From: an uncultured Nitrososphaerales archaeon
GTDB taxonomy: Archaea; Thermoproteota; Nitrososphaeria; Nitrososphaerales; Nitrososphaeraceae
Direction: 5' to 3'
Length of the DNA stretch: 64,000 nt
Assembly: GCA_963695855.1 (NCBI GenBank)
Contig: CAVOHZ010000006.1
Span: 96,001 to 160,000, forward strand
In this document: positions 1-10,743 of the stretch, one piece after another
Position numbering within the stretch: position 1 is the first letter of the stretch
How the letters are laid out: each line of letters starts with the position of its first letter
The notes under the pieces: generated by a model
Told to the model about the DNA's origin: nothing
The model's database searches: none
The model's input: only the letters and a program-made list of their open reading frames with translations
Program-made: the position numbers and the translations under genes

Positions 1-304
1 GGTTTTTTTCCAATAAATATTTCATTATTATGTTCGTGCCATCCTCCTTTACCTTTATCTTTCCCAGAATCTGTAGACAAATTGATATAAAAAATTAAGA
101 CAGACGCGTATAAAAGGCTGTATTATTACATATGTTTTAGATTTATAGTAAATTTAATACCAAGTACCTGCTTGAATACTAAATTTGATATGAAAATAGC
201 ACTATATATTTTTTATAAACTAATTATTCTGTCTGATGTTATTAGACGCAGTCAAAAAAAATTCAAGCAATAATAATAAAAATTATTAATTACTTAATAT
301 AGAT

Positions 305-500
305 ATGTCCACAAATGATGATTATAACAAATTCCTTTATACTTTTACTAAAAATGTATTGAATTCAGACAAATCTATAAGATGGGTTGGTATAATAGAT
401 AGAAACGGGATTATTATAAATGAACATTATAGAGAAGGACTAAAACCATTACTAACTAAAGAAGAGAACCAGGAATCTGCAATCAATACAATAGCCGTAA
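305..500 (+). pseudogene. N-terminal fragment of a thaumarchaeal DUF6659/roadblock-like protein
   Basis: VLNSDKSIRWVGIIDRNG...YREGLKPLL is typical of the family; after ~aa 63 the ORF runs out of frame into the ynfA locus. Confidence 0.55.
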
Positions 501-518
501 AGGAGAAGAAAAAACAAT

Positions 519-861
519 ATGGCAATCGAAGAAATAAATCCATTTGTTTCAGGGATGTTATTCTTTGTTGCAGCCCTGATGGAAATAGGTGGAGGTTATT
601 TGGTTTGGTTGTGGATACGAGAGAAGAAGACAATTGTATTGGCATTACTTGGTGGCATTATTCTTTTTGTATATGGCATAATTCCTACTCTTTCAACCAG
701 CCAATTTTGGAAGAGTCTATGCTGCATATGGCGGAATCTTTATTTTATCATCTATAGTATGAGGGATGGTTGTAGATAAAAAAAGACCTGATAAATATGA
801 GATAATAGGCTCATTTGTTGCTGTTTTTGGAGCAATAATAATATTTTATTCTCCTAGATAA
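519..861 (+). pseudogene. ynfA: YnfA (UPF0060) family small membrane protein, disrupted
   Basis: LFFVAALMEIGGGYLVWLW, frameshift near 693, then [38 protein letters not shown]...YSPR* with an internal TGA. Confidence 0.85.
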
Positions 862-940
862 AGTTGCAAATTATTTATTTAGTTTTCTTGATTTATTAGT
901 ATTTGTTAAATTACAGAGAAGATAAATGTAAACGATTACT

Positions 941-1078
941 TTGAAATGTGCTGACTGTATTTGTGATATAGAAGATTGTAAAGTAAGTCAATCATTATTT
1001 GAATGTCCTAGTTGTATTTTCGAAAAATGTTGTTGTTGGGAAAATTTCCATTTTAGTGATGATAGTAATTTTATCTAA
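941..1078 (+). CDS. 45-aa Cys-rich micro-protein (putative metal-binding)
   Basis: TTG start; KCADCICDIEDC...ECPSCIFEKCCCW, 9 Cys; below the ORF-track cutoff. Confidence 0.45.
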   Translation: MKCADCICDIEDCKVSQSLFECPSCIFEKCCCWENFHFSDDSNFI

Positions 1079-1249
1079 TATAGTGAACCCGAGAAAAGTA
1101 CAGACTCAAGGGAGTTGAATAGTCATGGTTTCAATGTTCAATATCATAAATAGAATTTAATATTACTAATTTTTAATTAGATATTTTATCTACATGTAGA
1201 CGTATTTCCTATCAATCTTTATCTTTTACCATTTGTCTTTGTATAATAA

Positions 1250-1393
1250 ATGGCATCTTTCAAATGTAAAATATGCAATATGAACTTTGAAGATAAGAGA
1301 CGTTTAGAAAATCATAAAAAAGTACATGGAAGAAAATCAAAAGTGTCTGAATATGGTGATCCTGATTTTAATATAGATCGTCTAAGAGGATAA
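1250..1393 (+). CDS. C2H2-type zinc finger micro-protein (47 aa)
   Basis: MASFKCKICNMNFEDKRRLENHKKVHG fits F-x-C-x2-C-x3-F-x5-L-x2-H-x3-H. Confidence 0.8.
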   Translation: MASFKCKICNMNFEDKRRLENHKKVHGRKSKVSEYGDPDFNIDRLRG

Positions 1394-1604
1394 AGATATA
1401 AGAAAATGACGAATAATATCTAAAGTTATTGTATTGCACAAACCTCGATAGATAAATGGCAATTATGAGAATATCTCGTCAGGTTGCGAGGTATTTTTGC
1501 CTACAATTCCTACTAATACTATTAATCCCAAAGCCTGTACCTATGGCCGTGGATTAAATCTATTAGAATATTTAAATCTTGGATGATTATCACATCTAAA
1601 TTAG

Positions 1605-2339
1605 ATGGGCTATAACTCAGTTTTGAAGACTACATCTGAGGTGATAGAGGCTGAACAAGGTCTTCGTAGACTTCGACTTTTTCGACATCATTCGCAAATC
1701 AAATCTTGGGACACATATAAAATGATTAAAAAGCTTAGTAGTGCAAACAAGGAATCTTTTGTATTGGATGTAGGATGTTACGAATCTCCTATTTTACCTA
1801 TGTTAAAAAGATTAGGATTTATCAATCTTTATGGTTGCGATCTAGTATTGAAATCATCATCAGATTGCAATTCAAGTTTTACTAATAATAACAATTCTTT
1901 CACGTATCATGAAGATTATGAACCTATAGCCAAAATGTACAGTGACAGATCATATCAACTTTCAATTAGAAACATAGAAGATATAAAGTACAAAGATCAG
2001 ATGTTTGATTATGTGACTTCTTTATCTGTTATCGAACATGGAGTTAATATTGAAAAATACTTTAGAGAAATGAGTAGAATTATAAAAAGTAATGGTTATC
2101 TTTTGACATCTACAGATTATTGGCCTGATAAATTAGTTAACAATAAAAATGTCCTCTCTAAAGGAACACCAGATAATATTTTCAGCAGAGATGAAATTGA
2201 AAAGTTGGTAGAGGTTGCAGATAAAAATGGATTAAAACTAATTGAACCAATAGATTTTGAATATAAAGATAAGGTTGTTCGATGGAATTCAATAGGTTTG
2301 GACTTTACTTTTATTTTCTTTGCTATGAGAAAAGATTAA
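1605..2339 (+). CDS. Class I SAM-dependent methyltransferase
   Basis: VLDVGC motif I, FDYVTSLSVIEH, SRIIKSNGYLL. Confidence 0.9.
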   Translation: MGYNSVLKTTSEVIEAEQGLRRLRLFRHHSQIKSWDTYKMIKKLSSANKESFVLDVGCYESPILPMLKRLGFINLYGCDLVLKSSSDCNSSFTNNNNSFTYHEDYEPIAKMYSDRSYQLSIRNIEDIKYKDQMFDYVTSLSVIEHGVNIEKYFREMSRIIKSNGYLLTSTDYWPDKLVNNKNVLSKGTPDNIFSRDEIEKLVEVADKNGLKLIEPIDFEYKDKVVRWNSIGLDFTFIFFAMRKD

Positions 2340-2398
2340 ATGAAATTTTTTTGAAAAGTTGTCAAATTCTTAAATAATATATTTATTATCACTTCATA

Positions 2399-2635
2399 AT
2401 GAAAACAACAATATCTTTCAATGCTATGATCTTAATAATGACTCTTGGAATTGGTATAATAGTTGGAGGATTAACAGGATCAGCACTTGCACAAACAGAT
2501 AATCAAACTAAGGCAGAACAAGGTAAAAATAATACGGAGAGAGGAAGTGGTATAATGGACAAAATTGGTGATATGGCAAAAGAGAAAATAAGTCAAGGTA
2601 TACAAGATATTATAGGTGGAGGCGGAAGTCAATAA
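2399..2635 (+). CDS. Small secreted hypothetical protein
   Basis: Hydrophobic N-terminus ending ALA-Q followed by a hydrophilic tail. Confidence 0.65.
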   Translation: MKTTISFNAMILIMTLGIGIIVGGLTGSALAQTDNQTKAEQGKNNTERGSGIMDKIGDMAKEKISQGIQDIIGGGGSQ

Positions 2636-3042
2636 TAAATGATGGTAATTTGATGATGTTTACTCAATAATATTTCTCAAACATTTTTAGATTTTATAAT
2701 TAAAAATTATAAATATAAGTTAACTTTAGATTAACGCCAAATAGATATTTAATTCTCGGATTGGGATTCTAACCCTTATCCATCAAATGTGGGTTCTACT
2801 ATCAACTATTAAAATATTTATTATATCAATGTTTAGACAGGATCGATGGTTTCTTTTCAAATTTTTATTACATCTATATTTTTGGTTCTTATAATTTGAT
2901 CAAGAAATAAATGGTAGAGTTACTATTGCTGCGATCATTATCATACATTTTATTATCATTTAACATGATTCATTCATACGGTATAAGTTTTTTTGATAAT
3001 AAACCAATAATGCAAATAATTTTTAATCAACCAATCAATCAA

Positions 3043-3330
3043 TTAATCAAGACCTAACCTTTTTCTAATCTTTTCAACAGGAAAAAAAAGGCAAATCTCC
3101 TATAACAGATCTTGCATATTCATTTTCAATATCTCTAAGCAGATTTTTCTATTTTTTCTTTACCTTCTTTTGTTTTAAGAACTTGTAGTGGGGTCATATT
3201 ATCAAAAGATGGTATCTTCATATTAATCCAGTCCTCATAGTATTTTTCAAAAAAATCATCTATTTGTTTAGTAACTGAAGGTGGAATCTCATCATCTTCA
3301 ATAATATCTTCTATTTCTTCTGCTCCATCA
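3043..3330 (-). pseudogene. C-terminal remnant with an MbcA/ParS/Xre antitoxin-like (DUF2384-type) motif
   Basis: YYEDWINMKIPSFDNMTPLQVLKTKEGKEKIE..LLRDIEN...KIRKRLGLD*, read across homopolymer frameshifts. Confidence 0.5.
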
Positions 3331-4423
3331 TTAATTGTCTTTTGTTATTATTATCTTTAGACTCTTGATGCTCAATATCAAGACATCTTTTAATAATGAT
3401 AAAGTTTATGATATAATATCTAGTCCAGAAAACTTAACTATAGCAAAACAATCTGCTTATTCCGTAATATATGAAAAGAACTTTGTTCAACCAAATCCCA
3501 ACCTAAAAATAACAGGTCCCTACAAGAAAGCAGAATTCCTTGCTATGTCTACCAATTCATATAGGATGATGAAAATGACCCTACTTTTAGACACCTTTTT
3601 GGCTTTTGAAGAGATACTTCCCTTATCATTTAACGATTTCCGCCTTAAACCTGCCTTCCTTCATTTTCAAATCTTGTCTTAGATTCGTTCTAGCCAAGTA
3701 AATAGGTTGTATGCTTGCTATCTTATCTACATATGCAATTATCTAAACTGTATGACAATAATATCAAGTTAATGTCAGAATACGTATATTATGAGTGATT
3801 ATTTGCCAATTCCACTTAACAGTGGAATTTTGAAGTGTTAAGAGCAGGATATACTTTTTCCTTTGGTTTTAAATTGGAGGCTGTGAATATCTGTTCTCAA
3901 ATATTTTATTGAATCAATATTACTACTTTGTCCTGCCAACTGCCAACAGCAACAAAGATTATATTAATAGTATTTTACTTTGTCTATATCGAATTTAAAT
4001 AAATGCTGAAATAGCAAATTTATAAGGAGAAATTAGCAGGGGGCAAGAATTTAGAATTCATAAAAAAAACGGGAATCTAAATATGGTAAAAAAGAAGATA
4101 AAACCAAAGCAAGAAAAACAAATTGTTGAGAGGATATCTATTTCCACCCTTTGTCTCTGAAACGATGATCGATCATAAATTTTTTATATCATTGTGAATT
4201 CATGAATTCAGCAGTTGCTTTTTCTGAATATCAGATAATTTCAGGATGTAAGACTTGGGCACATGTTAACGTAAGAGTACTGAGCTAAAGCTCTTTCTAT
4301 CAAAGTATCTTGATAACACTGATACAATATTGATGAAATATGAGATACTTAGTCTGGGTATCTAATAAAACAAATTTTCAAAAAATCTTTTTTCATAAAA
4401 CAATGAATTTGTAATGCGACATG

Positions 4424-5146
4424 GGTGCTGTTAACTTAAGGAAAGAGCTATAGCTGTGAAGGTTCTATTCTAACAATATATGCTGTTAAGATTTGTCAGA
4501 AATAGAACATCCACATGTATAGTAATGTATTCTTTGTATTTGTACTTTCTTGGTCTCAGTCTACGTAATTCATCCAAAGCATTGGAACTGTTTAAGGACC
4601 AAAAAAGAAGTTATGTTGCTGTTTGGAAATGGATTCAACGATTTGGTTCATTACAGATTTACAAGAGAAAAAGAGTATCAGCATTCATCATAGATGAAAC
4701 TATAATTCAGATTGGTAATCAACATTTCTGGTTGTGGATCTGTATTGAACCTGTTCACAGATCTGTGCTTGGGATCTACATCTCAGAAGAGAGAAACATG
4801 TTTGTAGCAGAGAATTTTATCCGATCTCTTGTATCCAAATATGGTAGACATACAGTATACACAGATGGTGGTACGTGGTATCCACAAGCATGTAACTTTT
4901 TAAATCTGAAACATCGATTACATTCACCCTTAGAGAAAAGTCTGATTGAAAGAATGATGCAGTATTTCAAGGATAGGACAGAATCTTTTGATGATTACTA
5001 TCCATGTATCAACAACCAAAAGAAAAATTGTGATCTACAACATGTATACAATTGGATCAAGTTATTCATATATCTGTATAATGCAAAAATCAGAAAGAAA
5101 TTTCTATTCGAAATTGGAGGTGAAATAATCTTAAGTTAACAGCACC
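4424..5146 (+). mobile_element. IS6-family insertion sequence (723 bp)
   Basis: 17-bp perfect TIR GGTGCTGTTAACTTAAG at 4424-4440 and 5130-5146; 8-bp direct repeat GCGACATG at 4416-4423 and 5147-5154. Confidence 0.95.
4480..5139 (+). CDS. IS6-family DDE transposase
   Basis: [12 protein letters not shown]-like segment; IIDET, YTDGG, LIER DDE motifs. Confidence 0.9.
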   Translation: MLLRFVRNRTSTCIVMYSLYLYFLGLSLRNSSKALELFKDQKRSYVAVWKWIQRFGSLQIYKRKRVSAFIIDETIIQIGNQHFWLWICIEPVHRSVLGIYISEERNMFVAENFIRSLVSKYGRHTVYTDGGTWYPQACNFLNLKHRLHSPLEKSLIERMMQYFKDRTESFDDYYPCINNQKKNCDLQHVYNWIKLFIYLYNAKIRKKFLFEIGGEIILS

Positions 5147-5168
5147 GCGACATGTACGAATATTTCAA

Positions 5169-5310
5169 ATATATTTGAATTGTAGTTCATGTAAGAAGGA
5201 GTTTAATAATCTTGTTGAAGGAGTAAATTATTCCAGGTCAGTCATAGGGTATTATATCATTTTGTTCAGATAACTGTTGTAAAGCATATCTTAATGAAAA
5301 ATTGAAATAG
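5169..5310 (+). pseudogene. Inactivated copy of the TRASH/MYM-like zinc-binding micro-protein
   Basis: Start ATG changed to ATA and one extra base (GTCATAGGG vs GTCATGGG) relative to 10107-10247. Confidence 0.7.
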
Positions 5311-5545
5311 TTAAATTTCTTAATATCAATAAAACCAATAATTTTACAATAAATAAAAATTATTTATTAAAATTAAAAATATTGTTAAAAAAAAGAATAC
5401 AAAATGTTTTTATAAAGAAAGATAAACAAATTGAAAGGATATACATGTAAGATAAACCAAGAAAAGAATATGGAAAAATAAAAAAATATATTATTATTTA
5501 ATATAACTAAAAATGGTAATTAACTTAATCTTAAACATTGGCAGT

Positions 5546-5686
5546 TTATTTATCTTCATATTGTTCTTCTTCCACTTTATCATCTTCCTCCTCCTGTTTA
5601 TCATCCTCTAGATGATGAGTTTCATCCCTCATTTCTTCTCTTTCAGTTTGATCACTATTTTCCTCTCTTTCAGATTTATCACTCAT
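5546..5686 (-). CDS. Small, highly acidic hypothetical protein (46 aa)
   Basis: MSDKSEREENSDQTEREEMRDETHHLEDDKQEEEDDKVEEEQYEDK; coding-like purine bias. Confidence 0.55.
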   Translation of the reverse strand: MSDKSEREENSDQTEREEMRDETHHLEDDKQEEEDDKVEEEQYEDK

Positions 5687-5955
5687 GATTATAATGATAG
5701 AAGTGTAGCTAATAACTTTAATTATTGTTATGTTTTTTTATATTTTTCGAATCTCTGTATTTAGCATAGAATATCTCATTCTAGCTATCAGTACTCTATT
5801 CCCAACAATTTTGAATAATAAAAATATTATAATACTTTTATGAATGCCTAATTTATTTCAAAACTATTAGTAATAAGATTGTTTAGAAGTTTATGTAGAG
5901 TATGTATACTTTAATTACAATATGTTATTATAGTTGATAAAAAATTAAATTGAAT

Positions 5956-6600
5956 TTATTGTATTATCAAAACAGGTTTACTAATATGATTCATTATTTT
6001 TCTGACATCACTAAATAATGAGCTAAACCATGAATCTATATGATAAGTTAACATAACGACCAAATCATAGCTATTATTATTAATTTCATTCACTATTTCG
6101 TCAACTACATTACCAGTTAGAAATTTATAAGAAATTTTATTTTGACATCCAGCTTCTTGACATTTCTTTATTTTTTCTTCCATAGCATCTATTACATCAC
6201 CTTTGATATTTCTATGAAACTCTTTTTGATTATCCTTTTCTGATTTCTCATATGAGCCTTCTAAGGAAACATTTCCAAATTTTTCAAAATCGTGTAATAT
6301 ACGAAGTATAATTAATTCTGCTCCAGTGGAATTGGATAAAGAGACAGCATAATTAAGTGCTTTATTTGATATATCTTTTCCATCATCAGTAACTAGTATT
6401 TTCTTAAAAGAAGGAAGGTTATCTTTTGAAATTGAATAATCTTGTAATTCCCTGGATTTATTTCCTAATTGTGATTGTTGTTCTTCTTGTTCTATTTCTG
6501 GTGTAACACTTCCGTCAGGATGAATTGATTCACTTACTTCCATATCTAAAAGATTTTCTTTAGCATCTGAAGATATAGAAGGAGCTTTATCACTACTCAT
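5956..6600 (-). CDS. Universal stress protein (Usp domain)
   Basis: FKKILVTDDGKDISNKALNYAVSL...GNVVDEIV...YDLVVM...KPVLII. Confidence 0.9.
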   Translation of the reverse strand: MSSDKAPSISSDAKENLLDMEVSESIHPDGSVTPEIEQEEQQSQLGNKSRELQDYSISKDNLPSFKKILVTDDGKDISNKALNYAVSLSNSTGAELIILRILHDFEKFGNVSLEGSYEKSEKDNQKEFHRNIKGDVIDAMEEKIKKCQEAGCQNKISYKFLTGNVVDEIVNEINNNSYDLVVMLTYHIDSWFSSLFSDVRKIMNHISKPVLIIQ

Positions 6601-6687
6601 AATATAATGGTTGATTACAAATATATAACTATATTTTAATTCATAAAAATATAAATCCTAATTATTTTATAATACATACAAAATAGA

Positions 6688-6981
6688 TCATTGCAATTTT
6701 ATGATTTCATCCCATGTTCCAGATAAAGAGAGCATATAAAATTTACTCTGATCTGCACATTCTAAATTTATAATATCTGCAGCTGATAGTTGAATTTGAA
6801 ATAATTTATTTAAGAACTGCAGAAAACTGGGTCCTGCAACTATACTTTTAGCTTCTTTTTCAAGAGGTAGGTTATAGTATTTTTGCAACGCTTCCACTAG
6901 ACCCAAACTACTAATTTCTCCTACTAATTCTGCCAGATCTAAAAATTTTGAATTTCTTTTGTATACTTTAAGCCTAGCCAT
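6688..6981 (-). CDS. Hypothetical protein
   Basis: 97-aa ATG ORF with protein-like composition; no recognised motif. Confidence 0.55.
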   Translation of the reverse strand: MARLKVYKRNSKFLDLAELVGEISSLGLVEALQKYYNLPLEKEAKSIVAGPSFLQFLNKLFQIQLSAADIINLECADQSKFYMLSLSGTWDEIIKLQ

Positions 6982-7060
6982 TATAAAATCATCCTTTGTA
7001 TTCCTCTACTCAATCCATAATATAATATTATCATTATTGTTTATCTATAACCAAGATATA

Positions 7061-8227
7061 AGTCAAGTGTCATCATGAATGTCGTTACACCATCTTCCAA
7101 ATCTCTTATCCAGATATTCTGATATTGCATCTTTTTGTTCTTCTATATTGGTATAGAATCTATTTGCACACACATCTGATTTTATCTTCTGGTTTACTTT
7201 TCTCTCATTTGGATTAAGGTATGGCGCCCTCTTTGGAAGGTGTATTATACTGAGCCAGTCTTTTTTCTGTCCATTGATATATTTTTTTGTCATCTTGCTT
7301 AGGTGAAATGAAGCGTTATCCCATACCAGTACAATTCTTTTCCAACCATTATTTTTCATTACATGTATCTTGAGATTCTCTAAATGGTTTATAGCATTGG
7401 TGGAATTTGATCTGTCATAGAAATCATACAACAGATTCTGTTCAGGCCATAGCATGGATATGTACATTGAGAATTTCTTTCTACTACCGTTATGCCTAAT
7501 TTTTTGTTGTTCACCTTCAAAACTCATTGACTTTCTTATACATGGCTTCTGTGTTACTATAGTTTCATCTTCAAAGACCAACATCACTTTCTTTTTTTGA
7601 GAGCTGATGCTACTTGTTTGTAGTTCTTTATCTGTTTCTTTCCCTCTTCATAATCAGCTCCATGTTCAAGTTCAAGCTTGGGTCTCTTACATCTGATACC
7701 CATGTCCTTCAGTATCCTTTGAAGGTGTTTGAAACTGATTGGAATGTCAAGTTCTTCTGTAAGACACTTTGCCAGTGACCTCAGACTCCAGGTGTTTCTG
7801 ATGTAACCAAAAATATTGGGATTGTTAAAAAGTACAGAAAGTATAGTCTCTCTATCCTCATCTGTTATACGGAATTTTGTACCACCTGGTTTCCTTATCT
7901 CCAATCCTTTTGTTCCTATCTGGAGATATGCCGATATCCATCTTTGAACTGACCTGATACTGACACCATGTTCCTTCCTTTGCTATATCTGCAAAAGTTC
8001 TACCGTTGCTCTTCTGAAGTATTGCCATTAATCTGCGATAATGCTTCTTGTCGGTACTATATTTCATCAACGACTTTAGACTGTTCTTCTGTCCTGTGGT
8101 GAGGTTGAGTTTGGTAGTAGAACCATGGTACATAGAATTATGATATTCAGGATACCTTAAGCTTTACCTATTCAATAATTTAGACCTGTTAGTTAAAAGG
8201 ATATGACATTAACCAAGCCACTTGACT
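7061..8227 (-). mobile_element. IS630-family insertion sequence
   Basis: Ends TA|AGTCAAGTG...CACTTGACT|TA (short TIR, TA target duplication) enclosing a DDE transposase. Confidence 0.85.
7063..8133 (-). pseudogene. IS630 transposase in three frames (one likely programmed frameshift, one inactivating 4-bp duplication)
   Basis: HTH pieces at 7858-8133 and 7584-7904; catalytic piece at 7063-7587 with FEDET, VWDNASFH and LPKRAPYLNPNE. Confidence 0.88.
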
Positions 8228-8244
8228 TATGAAATTGATTTAAA

Positions 8245-9620
8245 CTAAAGAATGAAATTATTATCATAATTGGGTTTCCAATAGTTGTGATTCCATTTGA
8301 TAAACTCTGGTTTTTGTTTGTTATCGTCATATTTTATTTCATATATCTCATTATGATCGAGTATTGTATTAATGAGTAACTCACAGTTAACATAAGATAT
8401 AGTATTGGAAGCTGAAATCCAAATATTGAATTTTCTGACTTCATCCTTTTTGGCATCAAGTTGATATTCATCTAATTGAATGATATATTTATTTTTCCAC
8501 AAACCGATCTCCATACTTTTAAATTGAAAAGTAGTAGCTTCTTCAACATTTCTTCTTATTTCATTAGCATATAACTTTTCAATCTGTAATAATGTCACTC
8601 CCTACTCGTTATTCCAATTAAGAAAATCTATACAGGCGTTTCTTGTTTTATGATTCTCCCAATCTTTTTCTATACGATGTTTTTCCATCATCATAATTCT
8701 AACACTTTTTGAATCTACGTTATCTTTACCTGACCTTCTCCTTAATCTTGCCTGATATTTTAGTAATGAAGTATTTGACTGTGACTTTAGAAACGTACTT
8801 GCCAACATTGTGTTTATAGAATCATAGTCGACAGCATATTGGAAAAGTGAACGATACATATTTTTCATTGATTCATCAAGTAAAATTATTTTCTGACCTT
8901 GATCTATTTTCTTTTTTAAACCAATTCCTTCATATCCGAAAAAAGTATCAAACGGGCCAGACAATTCAGAATCAATATTAATTCTATCAATCATTCCTCG
9001 TTTATCTACTGGAAAATTACTATTTCCAAAAATAGGGACAGCAGCGTTTGGTCTATTATTACAAAAATTAAATACATGTATAGACTTTTGATGTTTAACA
9101 AAGTATTCACCCAGATCCTGAAAGAATTGGCTACTCGTTTGTGATGGTAAAAGATGTTCTAATTCGTTTTTGTGTTTAGTAATAAAACTTTCATATGCAC
9201 TGAGATCCAATAGAATATGACCTTCATCACAAAGCTCACATAATCTTCTTACTATTACTGGTCCATTTCCCCAAACAGGTATTCCTACTAAGGATTTAGC
9301 ACTATCGATTTCAATTGCATCACCTCTTGCAATTCCTATTTTCAATGCTAAACAAGATTCTCCTCCTTTTAGTTGAGGAAATTCTGTATGTACTTTTAAG
9401 GCAAGTTGGAGAGGTAATAATGAGGAATCTTTCTTAAACCAGATGATAACTCCGTCACCTGTAAACACTGTTTGAATTTGTTTTTCATATGGAGATAAAT
9501 AATCTTTAATTACAAGTAGTAAATCTTTAATATTATCATTCTGTATATCGGTATCTTTTGAAGAACCGACAATATCAATACAAAAAAATCATACATCATA
9601 AAAATAATGACGAATTTCAA
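8245..9620 (-). pseudogene. Class III adenylate/guanylate cyclase-domain protein with two in-frame stops
   Basis: One frame reads YDV*FFCIDIVGSS...VFTGDG...LKIGIARG...VWGNG...RRLC; TGA at 9589-9591 and TAG at 8602-8604; ORFs 8602-9468 and 8245-8598 share a frame. Confidence 0.8.
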
Positions 9621-9846
9621 ATATCTAATCTTTACTATATGCTATAGTATAATTAGAGGGGAAAGAATAATTTATCTATATATGGATATTTTTAAATTAT
9701 CATTCTTTATTATTTTAGGTTAATCCATCTACATCAATTAGAAAAATTAAATTTCAAACATTAACATTGTAATAGTCTTAAATTTAAATACAGGATGAAT
9801 TTAAATATTTATTTAAGATACGTATGTATTATCCATTTTAGATGTA

Positions 9847-9862
9847 CTTTGTTGCACAACTA
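9847..9862. mobile_element. Solitary IS5-type terminal repeat
   Basis: CTTTGTTGCACAACT closely matches the IS5 left end CCTTGTTGCACAACT at 44017. Confidence 0.5.
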
Positions 9863-10028
9863 TGATTTTCGTTAATTTTGATTAAAAAATGAACGTACTA
9901 TCATATAAGGAATCTATTGTGACAATTTATTGTCATAATCTTGTATCATATTATCGAGATATTCATACTCGTGAGACAAAATAATAGATTGCAAGTTGTT
10001 ATGTTATCTATTAAAATGATGCAATACG

Positions 10029-10265
10029 TCTAATAAAAACAAACTTTCAGAAAATACTTTTTCAGGAAACAATGAATTAATAATGGCACATCTATAAATA
10101 TTTCAAATGTATTTGAATTGTAATACATGTAAGAAGGAGTTTAATGATTTTGTTGAAGGAGTAAAATATTCCAGCTCAGTCATGGGTATTATATCATTTT
10201 GTTCAGATAACTGTTGTAAAGCATATCTTAATGAAAAATTGAAATAGTTAAATTTCTCAATATCA
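10029..10265 (+). repeat. Copy 2 of the ~240-bp dispersed direct repeat
   Basis: Uninterrupted homologue of 4361-5328. Confidence 0.9.
10107..10247 (+). CDS. TRASH/MYM-like zinc-binding micro-protein (46 aa)
   Basis: MYLNCNTCKKEF...ISFCSDNCCKAYL; CxxC...FCSxxC pattern. Confidence 0.7.
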   Translation: MYLNCNTCKKEFNDFVEGVKYSSSVMGIISFCSDNCCKAYLNEKLK

Positions 10266-10555
10266 TTTCATCTAAAAGAATAGGAAATATAATATAATTT
10301 GTTGTTTCTATTGTTTAATATGAGAAATGGTGAAGTTATTGATTTTAGGATTGGAAGTCATTTTAGTTTTTAAATTGTTATAATTTATTTTTACAAAAAA
10401 AATTATTTTATATATTATTCTTAAATAGTTTAATTAGATATTTTATATGCTTAGCATAAATATATGATAACAGTCACAACCAAATGATAACATAAAATAA
10501 CAAATGATAGCAATGATGATATCATTTATTAACTGCTTTTTTATTGCAATCAACA

Positions 10556-10743
10556 ATGACTGAAATCATCAATAAATTTGGAAAAGAGAAAAAAGTTATA
10601 GAATTACATTTACAAGGTAAAACTATTCCTGATATTGCTATAGATGTTCATATTGTCATTTGGAGATATTTCAAAAAAATAAAGAATATGACAGAAAAAT
10701 AAGATTAGAAACACAAAATGGTCTATCGAATGGCATCATTAAT
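10556..10743 (+). pseudogene. Truncated HTH protein of a Nitrososphaeraceae-type family
   Basis: NKFGKEKKVIELHLQGKTIPDIAIDVH, then frameshift; ends just before IS481. Confidence 0.55.

Larger units (their letters stand above)
4361..5328 (+). repeat. Copy 1 of a ~240-bp dispersed direct repeat, interrupted by IS6
   Basis: With the IS removed it aligns to 10029-10265 (shared TGTAAGAAGGAGTTTAAT...GATAACTGTTGTAAAGCATATCTTAATGAAAAATTGAAATAG). Confidence 0.9.

Noticed and set aside
2757-2803. GGGATTCTAACCC resembling a tRNA T-arm or att remnant
   Set aside because: No cloverleaf and no extended match to the tRNA-Arg 3' end
3335-3682. 115-aa + strand ORF
   Set aside because: No recognisable motif, TTG start, and lies in a patchwork of fragments; cannot support it as a gene
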